From Mobula birostris (lineage: Eukaryota), in contig NC_092380.1 of NCBI RefSeq assembly GCF_030028105.1, positions 29,289,144 through 29,353,143 on the forward strand: a DNA stretch of 64,000 nucleotides. Direction: 5' to 3'. The notes beneath the pieces were generated by a model. It saw only the letters and a program-made list of their open reading frames with translations. It was not told where the DNA came from and searched no databases. How positions within the stretch are numbered: the stretch's first letter is position 1; the number at the start of each line of letters is the position of its first letter. Both the position numbers and the translations under genes were made by a program. Shown in pieces: positions 36,134-48,889 of the stretch.

Positions 36134-36149
36134 GGCTCTGAAAAGAGCC
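36134..36149 (-). terminator. Histone 3' stem-loop (H2A)
   Basis: Minus-strand GGCTCTTTTCAGAGCC; downstream GGAAGGGCTG at 36118-36109. Confidence 0.95.
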
Positions 36150-36179
36150 TTTGTGTTGCCAGACAAATGTTTCGCAGAT

Positions 36180-36584
<405 letters not shown>

Positions 36585-36619
36585 CTACACAAAAAGTGAA
36601 CCAATTCTTCCGCATTCAC

Positions 36620-36802
36620 TGTTTTTATAGCTTCTGGGATGATTGCGGAATGACACTTACGATTGGTGGTACAGCGCTTTCTCCGACTGGTGATGTGGAA
36701 TAACCCAATCAGCGAGCTGTCCAATTCTCCAATCATCAGACGGCAGCAAGAATAGCGCGGAAAGTAACTGTCACTTCCCAGCAATTTGAAAAGCCCGCCA
36801 AG
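36620..36802 (-). promoter_or_regulatory. H2A promoter
   Basis: TATAAAAA at 36629-36622; several CCAAT/ATTGG boxes (36662, 36705, 36721, 36729); TTGGCGGG plus TTCAAA module at 36801-36785. Confidence 0.8.
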
Positions 36803-37099
36803 CGAAAATAAAATTAATCAATAGTCCTCAACGTAAATCAATAACAAATTTCTGTGTGAATACCGATTCCCTGCACGACCAGCTATTTCATCTCATTGCG
36901 GTTTTGTCTATACAGAACGTGAATTAATTGTACCAGGACAGTCCCTGGGAATTTGTTTTTTTGTGTGTGAAAATGCATTCGAATATGGACCTATCACTCT
37001 TCTCAGACTGTGGCCGGAGCCGCAGAAACAGTAGCGTGCACGAATCTCAGCCTCACCTAGATGTGCTCATTTAGCCCCTGACAGGTGGAGAGGGAAGAG

Positions 37100-38881
37100 G
37101 TGTAGCGCTGTCAGTGAGTGCAGGGAAAGTGCCCGGGGTCAGGGAGAGGTGGTTATGGAGGATGAGTCACAGAGGGATTCAGCCCTCTCTAATCAATGCA
37201 CGGCCACAGGTTCCCGTCCTTTTTCTGTACAAAGTCTGCGCCCCCTGGTGAGGTGCAGGACCGAATGATTCCCATGGCAAGAGCCTCCCGTATGTACTCT
37301 TCCGCCTCCTTTATGTACTCCTCCATAGCGCTTGTCTCCGGGCCTGAGAGCACGTATAATCAACCCCGTGGAGGACAAGTACAGTCATAGGGTCGGTGTA
37401 GTGCACGAGTCAAGGCTTCTCCCTTATCGAAGACCTCTTGCAAATCCTTGTAGATGGAATGGATTTCCACCAGTTTGGATGTTGCAACTACCCCAGAACC
37501 TCCTTCCAAAGACATCTCCTTAGGTAGCAGGGAAGATAAGGCAGACCTCAGTCTCCTCCATAGGTTCACCGGAGTCTTTGTTGAAATAGAGAGTCCAATT
37601 CACTATCTGTATCCTCAGATAATGGCACTGAGGTGCTACAGATGGTCTTTGTGCTCCTGGGACTCAGCTCCAAGTGTCTACATTTTGGAGCTTTTTCCTC
37701 ACAGAGTACCTGGTAACTGGATCCCTTAGGTTTGGCTGCTAGAGCTCCAGACTGCTTGCTCACCTCCTTAGCTTGCTCCTAAACTAGAGACACTCTCACT
37801 CTAGTTCCAGTACATCCCAACTAGACAGGGTTGGACTCGCACTGTCCTGTTGGCTGGAGTCAGACTGACTGCCCTTGGAGGCAGGACTGGGTTCAGGTTA
37901 CAAAAGCCTACCTGCACATCGGCTGCTGGTCTCGAGAGAGTCTGGGAGTCAGAACACCAAACTGAAAACGTACCATCTTGCATTGACTGGACCATGCGAT
38001 GATCCTCCCTTACTTCCAGTTCACAGCTGGGTTATGCTGCGACAGCCACTGGTGCCCAAGGATCAGGGGAGTGTGAGGAGAATCGATGATATAGAAAGAA
38101 ATGTTGGCTGCACGTTCCTCTATCCTCGTCCGCAAAGCTGATGTCTGCTGCAGGATCTGCCCGGAATCAGGAGGTTGACTGACCAGAGCTATTGCGGGCA
38201 TGCGCTGGCTCAACTCCTGCAGAAGTACGTTGAGCTGATGGATGGTCCTCAAGTCCAGGAAATTACTGGCCGCCCCAGAGTCCGCAAAGGCATTCACCCC
38301 TCATCAGTTCTTACCCTAAGGAAATCTCCGCCTTCAGCATGAAACCAGAATCAGTAGGGTTGGGAGTAGTGGTGACTTCTGTTACGGTCTTTGCAACACT
38401 GAATGGTCTTAGCTGTGATGACTGCATCTTTGAACCTTCGACCTGCAGGTGACCTGCTTCCCTGCAGTAACGGCAGCAACCTCAGCTCCAATGCCGGGAC
38501 CGCTCGTCGGCGCTCTCATACGACTGCTCTACATGGACTCAACAGGACTCTGAGCAGGAGACAGGCTGGTCATTATCTGAGGTCGGGAAGTGGAAATGAA
38601 ATGCAGTAAGGCCGGGCTGTACAGCAGTATACGATACTAGAATTGAGACATAATACGAGACTGAAACAAAGACAGGGTTCTAAACCAGATGCTAGACGAG
38701 AATTCAAAGTTGCATTGATGATTGAGCACTGAAACGCAATTCAGGTTCTCTTTAAATATTAAAATCTTGGCACCAAAGCAGGGCCGGGCCCTGAATATTT
38801 AAAGGGCCAATGCCAGCTATGGATATTCGGGAGGGTTAGAGCATGTAAACCCCTGAGGCTGGCATGGTTGGGTGCATGTCA
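37100..38881 (-). mobile_element. Sushi-type (chromovirus-like) Gypsy remnant: protease, RT N-terminus, probable 5' LTR
   Basis: AFADSGAASNFLD...PLILGHQWLSQHNPAVNW protease; Y.DL..VF.K....HRPYDC; LS.PE..AM.EYI.E...IIR...SP.GA.FV.KKDG; TG..CA-bounded segment at about 38380-38881. Confidence 0.85.
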
Positions 38882-39751
38882 TAATGTAGTCAGCATGGCT
38901 TTGTGCGTGGTAGGTCATGTCAAACCAATCCTAGAGTGTTTTTTGAGGAAGTTATCGGGAAAGTTGATGAAGACAAGACATTGGATGTTGTCTACATGGA
39001 TTTTAGCAAGTATTTGACAAGGTCCTGCATGGAAGGTTGGTCAGGAAGGTTTAGTCAATCGGCATTCAAAGAGGTAGTAAATTGGATTAGATATCAGCTT
39101 TGTGGGAGAAGCTAGACAGTCGTAGTAGATGGTTTCCTGTCTGACTGAAGGCCTGTGGTGAGTGTAATCTATACCCTTTGGCTTTTTGATTCTCTATTAC
39201 TGGGTAGAAGACTGCATGCACTCATCTCCTCATGATTATATATGTCATTGTAATGTCAATTCCCAGTTTACTACTCACCAAGGATAGAAGGTCTAGCCTG
39301 CCCAACCTCTCTCTGTAACGTAGCCCTCGATTGCCACCATTATTGTTCTACATCTTCTTTACACTCTTTGTAACTTAATTACATCTCTCCTACAATGGGG
39401 TGACCAAAGCAGCACACAATATTTGGGGTGTGGACTCACCAATGTCTTGTCTAAAAAGAACATCACATTCCAGCTCTTATACTAATTGTCTTCACTGCTT
39501 GAAGGCCAGTATACCAAATACTTTCTTCACCATCTGGACCATCTGTAAAGTCACTTTTGTGGAAGTTTCAGCAGGGCAAGGTTAAGATTCATGTTCAAGT
39601 TTAATTGTAAATCAACCATACACATGAAAACAGCCAAACAAAACAGAGTTACTTTGGGGGCCAAGGTGCAAAACATAGTATTAACAATCACACACAGCAC
39701 AGGCCACATAGCATATATAAGATTTCAGTAAAATATAATCCATGAATTTTA

Positions 39752-40505
39752 GAACATAGAACATCGAAAACCTACAGCACAATACTGTGCTGAACATGTA
39801 CTTACTTAGAAATTACCCAGGGTTACCCACAGCCCTCAATTTTTCTAAGCTCCATGTACCTATCCAGGAGTCTCCTAAAAGACCCTATTGATTCTGCCTC
39901 CACCACTGTTGCCAACAGCCCAATCCACGCACTCACCACTCTCTGCGTAAAAATCTTACCCCTGACATCTCCTCTGTACCTACTTCCAAGCACCTTAAAA
40001 CTGTGCCCTCTCATGTTAGCCTTTTCAGCCCTGAGAAAAGGCCTCTGACTAGCCACACAATCAATGCCTCTTATCATCCTATACACCTCTATCAGGTCAC
40101 CTCTCACCCTCCAACATTCCAAGGAGAAAAGGGCCAAGTTCACTCAACCTATTCCCATAAGGCATGCTCCCCAATCCAGGCAACATCCTCCTCTGCACCC
40201 TTCCTACAGTTTCCACATCCTTCCTGTAGCTAGGTGACCAGAACTGAGCACCATACTCCAATTGGGGTCTGACCAGGGCCCTATAAAGCTGTAACATTAC
40301 CTCCCGGTTCTTGAGCTCAATCCCACGGGTTGATGAAGGCCAATGCACCGTATGCCTTCTTAACCACAGAGTCAACCTGCGCAGCAGCTTTGAGTGTCCT
40401 ATGGACTCGGACCCCAAGATCCCTCTGATCCTCCACACTGCCAAGCGTTAATACTATATTCTGCCATCATATTTGACCTACAAAAATGAACCACCTCACA
40501 CTTGT
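39752..40505 (-). mobile_element. CR1 LINE 3' fragment
   Basis: LYRALVRPQLEY..QFWSP, GDLIEVYRMIRGID, FTQRVVSAW; AGAACATAGAACAT tail. Confidence 0.9.
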
Positions 40506-40883
40506 CTTCTGCTGAGCGAACAATGGTGGGTTGGAGCCACTCTGACTCCAGCATGGACACTGTGCCACATTGCCTCCGGCATTCTGGTGGAGTACCCAAC
40601 TCTGACACCTCCCCCGGAGTCACTATGAACAGGCAACACTGCGGCTTGAGGCCCGGTCCTCAGTATGACCGAGCCCTCACTGTTCCCCCGTTACTCACCA
40701 GTAAACCAAAGAACAAATTTGTCTTGCAGCATTCCACATTAACAATGTCTAAAGGGGTCTTGCGATCGCAAGAAAAGTGACTAAGAGATTCATTTATTGC
40801 AAGACAGCACCACACCTTGGTGCACCAAATCTCTCCATCACCTCTCTGATACGGTCAGCAGCACAACTCACACTAAGTCCCAC

Positions 40884-40976
40884 ACATAAAAGTTGCTGGT
40901 GAATGCAGGGGGCCAGGCAGCATCTCTAGGAAGAGGTACAATCGATGTTTCGGGCCGAGACCCTTCGTCAGGATCC
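40884..40976 (-). mobile_element. 93-bp Penelope terminal-repeat insertion carrying a minimal hammerhead core
   Basis: Minus strand GATC-CTGACGA-AGGGTCTCGGCCC-GAAA-C-ATC-GATTG; 9-bp TSD AAGTCCCAC at 40875-40883 and 40977-40985. Confidence 0.75.
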
Positions 40977-41884
40977 AAGTCCCACCAAGTCCAGCTCCTT
41001 CACTTTTCCTGCCGACAAGCAACTCACTGATGGGGTAGACCTACAGTACTTTAAGTTCTTAATGTCCAGCACCATCTTGTGATCATAAAAAATTTTTTTT
41101 AAAGACAGAATACAGAATATATCGGTTGACCCTGTAGCACTGCGTCCGAGCACACCTCCATTTCACTGGAGTTGGTGTGCTGTCAGAACGAAGTGCAGAC
41201 ACTGTACAGTCAGAGGCTGAACCAAATCTTTGAGAGCTGGTCGTCACTTTGTGCAGCCTTCCCATTCAAGCATCAGAACCAAGGTCACCAAGAATGTCAA
41301 GATAAAGATGCAAACAAAAGATTGTTGGAAAAACTGCAGTTCGTGGAAAGTTATTTTATTGATCCTCTAGTATTATTGGCAAATAACATGCAGATTTAAT
41401 TGCTTATTAACTCTTGAAATATGCGTTATGATTGATACTTAAACAGGAAAATGATGGAATTCAGAAGTGTACAGTCTCTATTTGATCAATATCTGTATCC
41501 AAAGAGACAATTTCTGCATAAAAATGGCATTTCTCTGTTCAGACTTAAAAAAAGTGTGGTGACAGGGGGATAGCTGTTCTCTTCCTGCACAAATACACAC
41601 AGTGAAACTGAAGAATGATGCAAGTTTTCAGAGTTCCGTTAATCGGTGATGACACTCTTAGGCAATTATGTACACATACTCCTAGGTCTACAACATCTGT
41701 CCTGCAACACTCCCCCATCCCCCAGTCCACAACTGTTCACTGCCATTGTCATGTGTACTGAGATACAGAAAAAAGCTTTCTTTGCATACCATCCAGACAG
41801 AGTACTTCAAAACTTAAGTACGTTGAGGTAGTACAAAAGGGAAAAGAAAAACAGAATGCAGAATATATTATTACATCCACAGAA

Positions 41885-44800
41885 TGTCACAACCATGGAT
41901 TCGGCAGCGCAGTAGATACGGCAATTGTGCTTTTGAAAATGCACATGTCAGCTAATTATTATTTAACTGTGATAGTATTTAACTCCATACTTGTTGTAGT
42001 GCTTGTCGAGACTTGGCCAGGACACAGCAACGCTTCGTTGCCTGCTTTCATTCCACTTTGCCTGAGAAATTGGACTGTCGAGTCAACTGACTCTGAAGAC
42101 TAGCGGTATTCATTTTATTCTTAGTTGCCAACAACCTGTCTCTGAATGTGAACAAAACAAAAGAGATGGTTGTTGACTTCAGGAGGACATGGAGCGACCA
42201 CTCTCCGCTGAACATCGGCGACTCCTCTGTAGAGATCGTTAAGAGCACCAAATTTCTTGGTGCTCACTTGGCGGAGAATCTCACCTGGTCCCTCAACACC
42301 AGCTCCATAGCAAAGAAAGCCCAGCAGCATCTCTACTTTCTGCGAAGGCTGAGAAAAGTCCATCTCCCACCCCCCATCCTCACCACATTCAACAGAGGTT
42401 GTACTGAGAGCATCCTGAGCAGCTGCATCACTGCCTGGTTCGGAAATTGCACCATCTCGGATCGCAAGACCCTGCAGCGGAGAGTGAGGTCAGCTGAGAA
42501 GATCATCGGGGTCTCCCTTCCCGCCATTACAGACATTTACAGCACACGCTGCATCCATAAGCAATCAGCATTATGAAGGACCCCACACACCCCTCATACA
42601 AACTCTTCTCCCTCCTGCCATCTGGCAAAAGGCACCGAAGCATTCGGGCTCTCACAACCAGACTATGTAACAGTTTCTTCCCCCAAGCCATCAGACTCCT
42701 CAATAGCCAGAGCCTGGACTGACACCAACCTAATGCCCTCTACTGTGCCTATTGTCCTGTTTATTATTTATTCTAATGCCTGCATTGTTTTGTGCACTTT
42801 ATGCAGTCCTGGGTAGGTCTGTAGGCTAGTGTAGTTTTTGTGTTGTCTTGCATATTTCAGTATAGTTTTTGTATTGTTTCATGTAGCACTATGGTCCTGA
42901 AAAAAGTTGTCTCGTTTTTACTGTGTACTGTACCAGTAGTTATGGTCGAAATGACAACAAAAAGTGACTTGACTTGACTTGTTCTTTTCAGCCACAGCGT
43001 AGCCTTCATTTTCCATTTGAGAGTTTTAGGTTACGGCCCGGTTTGGCTGAGCATTTATTGCTTTCTTTTCCCTTTAACACCGTTGGCATTAAAGTCTGTG
43101 ACCTATCGACCCACTTCAGTGTCTCTCACTCTGCACTTCGCCCATATTCGCATCGGGTGACAGCAAGTCTCGACCAAGTGACACCGTGAGACAAATCATT
43201 CTCAATGAGAACTCTCGGATTGGAGCTAATCTGGCATCTGCTTCAGAAATAAAACTAACACAGAATCTGAATTTATCAAAATAAACTTAAACTTAAACAG
43301 AAAGCACCAAGAAACCGCATTACAAAGAGCGAGTGGCTTATGAAAAACACAAGAAACTCTATATCCATTAATAACTGTTAAGCAACAATTAACCATTTCA
43401 GGTGTTTTAAAAATCTCAGAGCCCAAATGCTCTCTGATGCCCTGCACAGGCCTGAAGTCACTAAAGGACCACCCCCACCCCCCCATACCTGGCACCTGAT
43501 GGCCCAGGAAGACCTGAAAACTCGAGATCTAAGGATGACTCGAGATACTTGGGGAACTCGAGAGGGAGGGAGACTTGGGGATCCAGAAAGACTGAGAGAC
43601 CTGGGAACCCCAACAGACTGAGAGACTAGGGAACGTCTAGTGAGATCAAGAAACCTCAGGTGGGCCGAGAGGGAGGCTTGGGAATCCTCGAGTTGGGAAG
43701 GACATTGAAAAATCCTAAACACACTGAATGAGCCTTGGAAACAATCGGAAAAATAAAAACCTTGGGAACATCGAGAAAAGTCCTTGGGAAACCTTGAAAA
43801 CATGAAACTTGAAATTTAGAGAAGGAACCTTTTTAAATCTTGTTCCCAGTGTTTTATCTTTCACAATTTTTCCAGGCAATTAGGATATACTCCCAGTTTT
43901 ACTGATCAATGCAGTATAGACAGGTTTCTTCCATCGCAAAGCTAGCTGGGTCTCTGTAGATCTATTTAATTTGCTACATTAAAGTCCAATTTTCCCAGTT
44001 TGTACCATGACTTTCATCAAGAGGTTAAAAATACTCTTTTATAGGGTTACTTTACTTGTGTATTTGCACACTCCAGTCAAGGATCAGCTTTGGGAGTAGG
44101 GCTCTTCCACAATTTAGACTATTGACTTCAATAATGATTTGTTGTATCAATTGATAAGCTTGCTTGAAGTGCTCATTTGTTATGCAGATGTGAGTCACGG
44201 GACCACAAAGCTGGGAGCCTGGGTACTTGGGACTTGAAAAGCTTGGAATGGATACCAGAGAAACTCAATGTTGACTAGAGAAGCTCGGTACGTAGACTTG
44301 GAACTCTCGGAATGTAGAGTCAGGACAGGCATTGAGAATAGAAGGCACCCTCTCCTCAAGCCATCAATGTCAATATGTCACTGTTCAAACTTTGCTGGGT
44401 CCATTACTTGGCAAGATCCGTCTATCACGCTGCAGACAGAAACAAGAGTTCATACATAGGAATTCCAACGGAACATTGTTGCCTCGATGAATCACTCTGA
44501 TCAATGAATCTCATGGCCAATGTCTCTCCGCTGGGTCCATCTTTGTGTGGTCGAGACTTGCTGTCACCTGGTGCAAATATGGGCGAAGTGCAGAGTGAGA
44601 GACACTGAAGTGGGTCCATAGTTCGCAGACTTTAATGCTAACAGTGTTAAAGGGAAAAGAAAACAATAAGTGCTGGGCCAAACAGGGTTGTTAACTAAAA
44701 CTCTCAAAAGGAAAACGAAGCCTATACTGCAGCTGAAAAGAACAACTAAGAATAAAATGAATATCACTAGTCTTCAGAGTCAGTTGACTCAACAGTCCAA

Positions 44801-44988
44801 TTTCTCAGGCGAGGTGGAATGAAAGCAGGCAGCAAAGAGTTGCTATGTCCTGCGCAAGTCTCGACAAGCACTATGACGACAAGTATGGAGTTAAATACTA
44901 TCACAATTAAATAATAATTAGCTGATGCGTGCATATTCACAAGCACAATTGCCGTATCTACTGTGCTGCCAAATCCATAGTTGTGACA
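41885..44988. mobile_element. Element bounded by two inverted about 425-bp LTR-like repeats (Tf1/sushi-like)
   Basis: 41885-43162 (minus the Rex insert) is the reverse complement of 44562-44988; each is TGTCA...TGACA and followed internally by GCAAGTCTCGACCA; flanks CAGAA and CAGAC. Confidence 0.88.
42128..42981 (+). mobile_element. Rex1/Babar LINE 3' fragment inside the left LTR
   Basis: NLSLNVNKTKEMVVDFRR...[26 protein letters not shown]; (GACTT)n tail; the empty site is seen in the right LTR copy. Confidence 0.92.
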
Positions 44989-44999
44989 CAGACAAAGTG

Positions 45000-47620
45000 C
45001 AGTGCAATGAAGGTACACTGTCTGTGGCAGAACCCTTAACAATGTTGATGTACAGAGGGATATTGGGAGTCCAAATCCATAGCTCACTGGTAGTGGCTAC
45101 AGAGTGACAGGGTGGTGAAGAAGGCGTACTACATGCTTGATTTACTAGTTGAGGTGACTACAAGAGTCCAGAAGTTATGTTGTAGCTTTAGGTAGCAGTC
45201 TAATTAGGCCTCCTCTGGTTTACTGTGTTGATCAACTCTGGAATAGAGTCTAAAAGTAGAGTTTAAGAGTCTAGTTGGTTTCCTCTGTTGTAAAATCTAG
45301 GCCTCTTCTGGAATAGAGTCTAACAGTCTAGTTTTCATTCAACTCTGGTGGCTGGATTATAACAAAGAATTGAAGTCTTTGGAGAGGGTTCAGGGTACAT
45401 TTACCAGGATGTTGTCTGGATTAGAGGCATGTGATATAAGGGGAATTTAGACAGACCTGGGTGTTTTTTTTCTGGAGAGGTGGAGCTTCAGAGAGATCTG
45501 CCAGAGTTTATTAGATTATGAGAAGCATGGACTGAGTAAACAGCCAATTTTCCCACAGATGAAATATCTAATGTGAGTGGATACACATTTAAGATGAGTA
45601 TGGAAAGTTCAAATGTGTGGTGTAGGGCAAATATTTTACATGGAAAGTGGTAGATACCTGGAATACACTGCTAGGTTTTGTGGTGGTGATGAGTACAATA
45701 CAGATATCTGAGAGGCTCTTAGATAGGCATATGGATGTGCAGAGAATGGAGGGATTACACCACTGTGTAGGGAGAAAAGATTCATTTAGTTCAACCTTCA
45801 AGTATGAGTTTAATTAGTACAGCATAACATTGTGGGTAGAAGGCATACTGAGACAGGTTGAGAGATCAAGAGTTTGTCTTTAACGTACAAGAGATCCATT
45901 CCAGAATCTTACAACAGGATAGAAGTTGTTCCTGAGCCTGGTTGTGTGTGTTCTCAATTCTTTTTTAGCTTTTACCTGATGGAAGTGGGATGAAGAGAGA
46001 ATAACAGGGGTGGGAGGGATCTTTGATTGTGTTAACTGCTTTCCCACAGCAACGGGACATGCAGATTGGGTCAATAGAGGGGAGGCCTGTTTTTCAGACT
46101 GATTAGACTGTGGCTCTCCTCTCATGACTTCACAAACAACCAAACCTCACTCATCTGTATTAAACACCATTTACCAGTCATCAGCTGACTTACACAGTTG
46201 ACCAAGACTCCTTTGTAATTTCTGATACCTTCTTCAGTCTCTCTGTTAGCTAGAGTTAGTGATGGGAAAGGATAGGTCAGCTTCACAGGTTAGGGCTGTA
46301 AATTGAAGCAGGATCATGGAATTTGGATCCAGCTGAAGTCGATTTGACAGACTGTATGAAGAAAAGGAATGAATGGCAAGTGGGAAGTGTTTATAAGTAG
46401 AACGGCAAGTGTTCAAGAACAGAATGTTCCTGTTTGGGTGAAGGGTAACATGGTGAGTTTTGGGAACCTTGGCTAATGAGAGATATTGAAATTCGGGTCA
46501 AGGAAAAAAGGAAAGGTACTTTTCATCCAGGAGTTCAGTATTGAGAGAATGATTTGAAAACTATTAAAAGATTAAGAATACTCTTAGAAGGGAAACCAGA
46601 GGGCGAAGAGAAGGTTTGAGATGGATCTGGCAGGTAAGGTTAAGGAATTTACCAGAAGGTTCCCCAGCTGTATTAAAAGTAAAGGGGTGGTTAGGGAGAG
46701 GTTAGGTCTCCTTAGAGATCAGCCTGGCTGCTGAGATCATGTGCTGCAGGAGGTGGATGGGATTTGTAATGAATATTTCTCCTCCATGTTTACAAAGCAG
46801 AAAATCATGGCTCAAGAGATAAAAGAAACAAGTGGAGATCTTTTGTAGGACATTCATGTCACCAAGGAAGAGATATTTGCAGCCTTAAGCACATTAAGAG
46901 CAGGGCCTGTCAGGGTGCTTCCCTGGACTTTGTGGGAGGATAGAGAGGAAATTATGGAGCCCTTGTGGAGACACTGGCTTCATCATTAGCCACTGCTGAA
47001 GTTGCTGAAGCTAGAATGTGCTGTTGTCATTCGCTTGTTTAAAAAGTGCAGCAAGGATAAGCCAGGGAACTACAGGCCACTCAGTCTGATATGAGGAGTG
47101 GGGAATTTACTGGAGGGGATTGTGAAGGACAGAATCTCCAGATAGACAGAATATGATTAGAAGGAGTTGGCATGGCTTTGTGTGTGGGAGGAATCGAGGC
47201 TGGTGACTCGTGATGTTTCGGTGCTGGCATCCTGGTTATGCTTTATATTTATATATATATACAAATCCTTAAATTACAAACGCACAAGGTTTGACTAGTA
47301 AGTTTGTGGAGGACACAAAACAAGGAGGATTTTTGATAGTGAAGATGATTACAGGGAGATCTTGCTCAGTTACTGAAGTGTAACTGAGAATTGACAAATG
47401 GATTACAATTCAGATTATGTATTTTGAAAAGTCAAACCAAGGTAGGGTTTATAAATGGAATGGTGGGGAACTCGGGAGTGTCACGGGAAAGAGGGATTGA
47501 GGAGTACAAGAGCATTGTTTATTGAAAGTGGCGTCACTGCCAGACCGGGCAGTCAAAGACGTGTTTAGCATCAGTCAGTCAGGGAATTTAATCTGGGAGT
47601 TGGGACGTTATGTCGACATC
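45000..47620 (+). mobile_element. Degenerate CR1 ORF2 fragments, with a minus-strand Rex tail at about 45870-46140
   Basis: PGNYRPLSL, FTRMLSGLE and KFVEDTK motifs; RTHTTRLRNNFYP on the minus strand. Confidence 0.75.
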
Positions 47621-48734
47621 GTATCTCCGCTGTGTTGCTCTGTGACTCTACCGCCTAGTTTAGTGCCATCTTAAAACTTACTATCCATATCTTGTACACT
47701 CTCATCCAAATCCTTTATATGAATGATGAAAAGCAATGGGACCGGCGCCCATCCCTGTGACTCGTCACTCCTCACTGATCTCCAGTCCCGTAAACAACCT
47801 TCGACCATCACCCCCGTCTCCTAACATCAAGCCGAGTATCTATCCACTTCTACCTCTCCCTGGATTCCCGTGTCATCTAACCTTCCAGACTGCAGTTCCA
47901 TGGGGACTTTGTCTAATTTATGTTTCATTGATGCTTTTCTTGTGATGATATAATACGATGTGGCTATGATACCCTCATCAAATCTCTGGGTTACCTCTTC
48001 AAGGAACTAGAACAGATTTGGGAGATTAACTGAGGATTTGAACAGAAAAGTAGGGAGGTCAATTATATCCAAGATTGCTGATCAAACAGCTGGAGACCAC
48101 AACGGCCTTGGTCTCCTGTTTGAGCCGAAAATGTAGCCCACGTAAAGAGGAGATGAATCCAACCCTAACCCAAGGTTTAGGGGCAGTGAGGAGCGCCGGC
48201 CTCGGGGTGTTACTGATCTGGGAATCTACAAATAACACGCGATAATCCGGAGAGCAGGTCGAGCGGAGAGGAAAACCTGCGCTGGGAACGGTGCACCGGG
48301 TCAACAGTTGGTGCTGTGAAGGTACAGATCTGAACGGTGTGTCAGGGAGAGTGTGCTAAGAGGCCTGACGGCTTAGACTGGTATCACTGTGTTTGTGAGT
48401 CCGGTCACATCGCTGGATTTTTCATCCCCACCTAGAGAAAATAAAACAATTTGCCTGCTCCGGGATGGCACAGCTCCCCAGCTCAGTCCTGAAGTGGGAA
48501 TTAACCGCGATTTTTTAGTTGATTTCAATATTTCAGTTGGGAAACAGAGAAAATGTCCCGATTCCGGGGAAGAATGAGGTCAGTGCAGCAGTGAAACGGG
48601 TTGATATAAAAACTGCTGCATTTAATTCGGACCAAACTTTCTTTACAGCAGAGAATCCGGCCTCGGGCACAGACAGAGAGCGGTCTGGGTCTTGGGGATG
48701 TCCTATTTTAATCGGAATCGGAGAGTTTTTCGGG

Positions 48735-48815
48735 AGAGAGAAACACAGAGAGACGGAGCGGCCGGGAGCTGACTGCAGGATGTCTCCGCCCCGTCCGCTC
48801 GCTGCCTTTAAATTG
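48735..48815 (+). promoter_or_regulatory. H1 promoter
   Basis: H1 box AAACACA at 48741-48747; GC box CCGCCCC at about 48786; TATA-like TTTAAA at 48807-48812. Confidence 0.75.
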
Positions 48816-48889
48816 CTCAGCACCGCCGCCTCTCGCTTCATTTCTCACTCACTTCACAGTTCGAGAGAGTTTGTGCAGAGTTTCCGACC

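Noticed and set aside
41885-44988. DIRS element as the explanation for the inverted repeats
   Set aside because: TG..CA termini, an apparent TSD and PBS, and no tyrosine-recombinase motifs.
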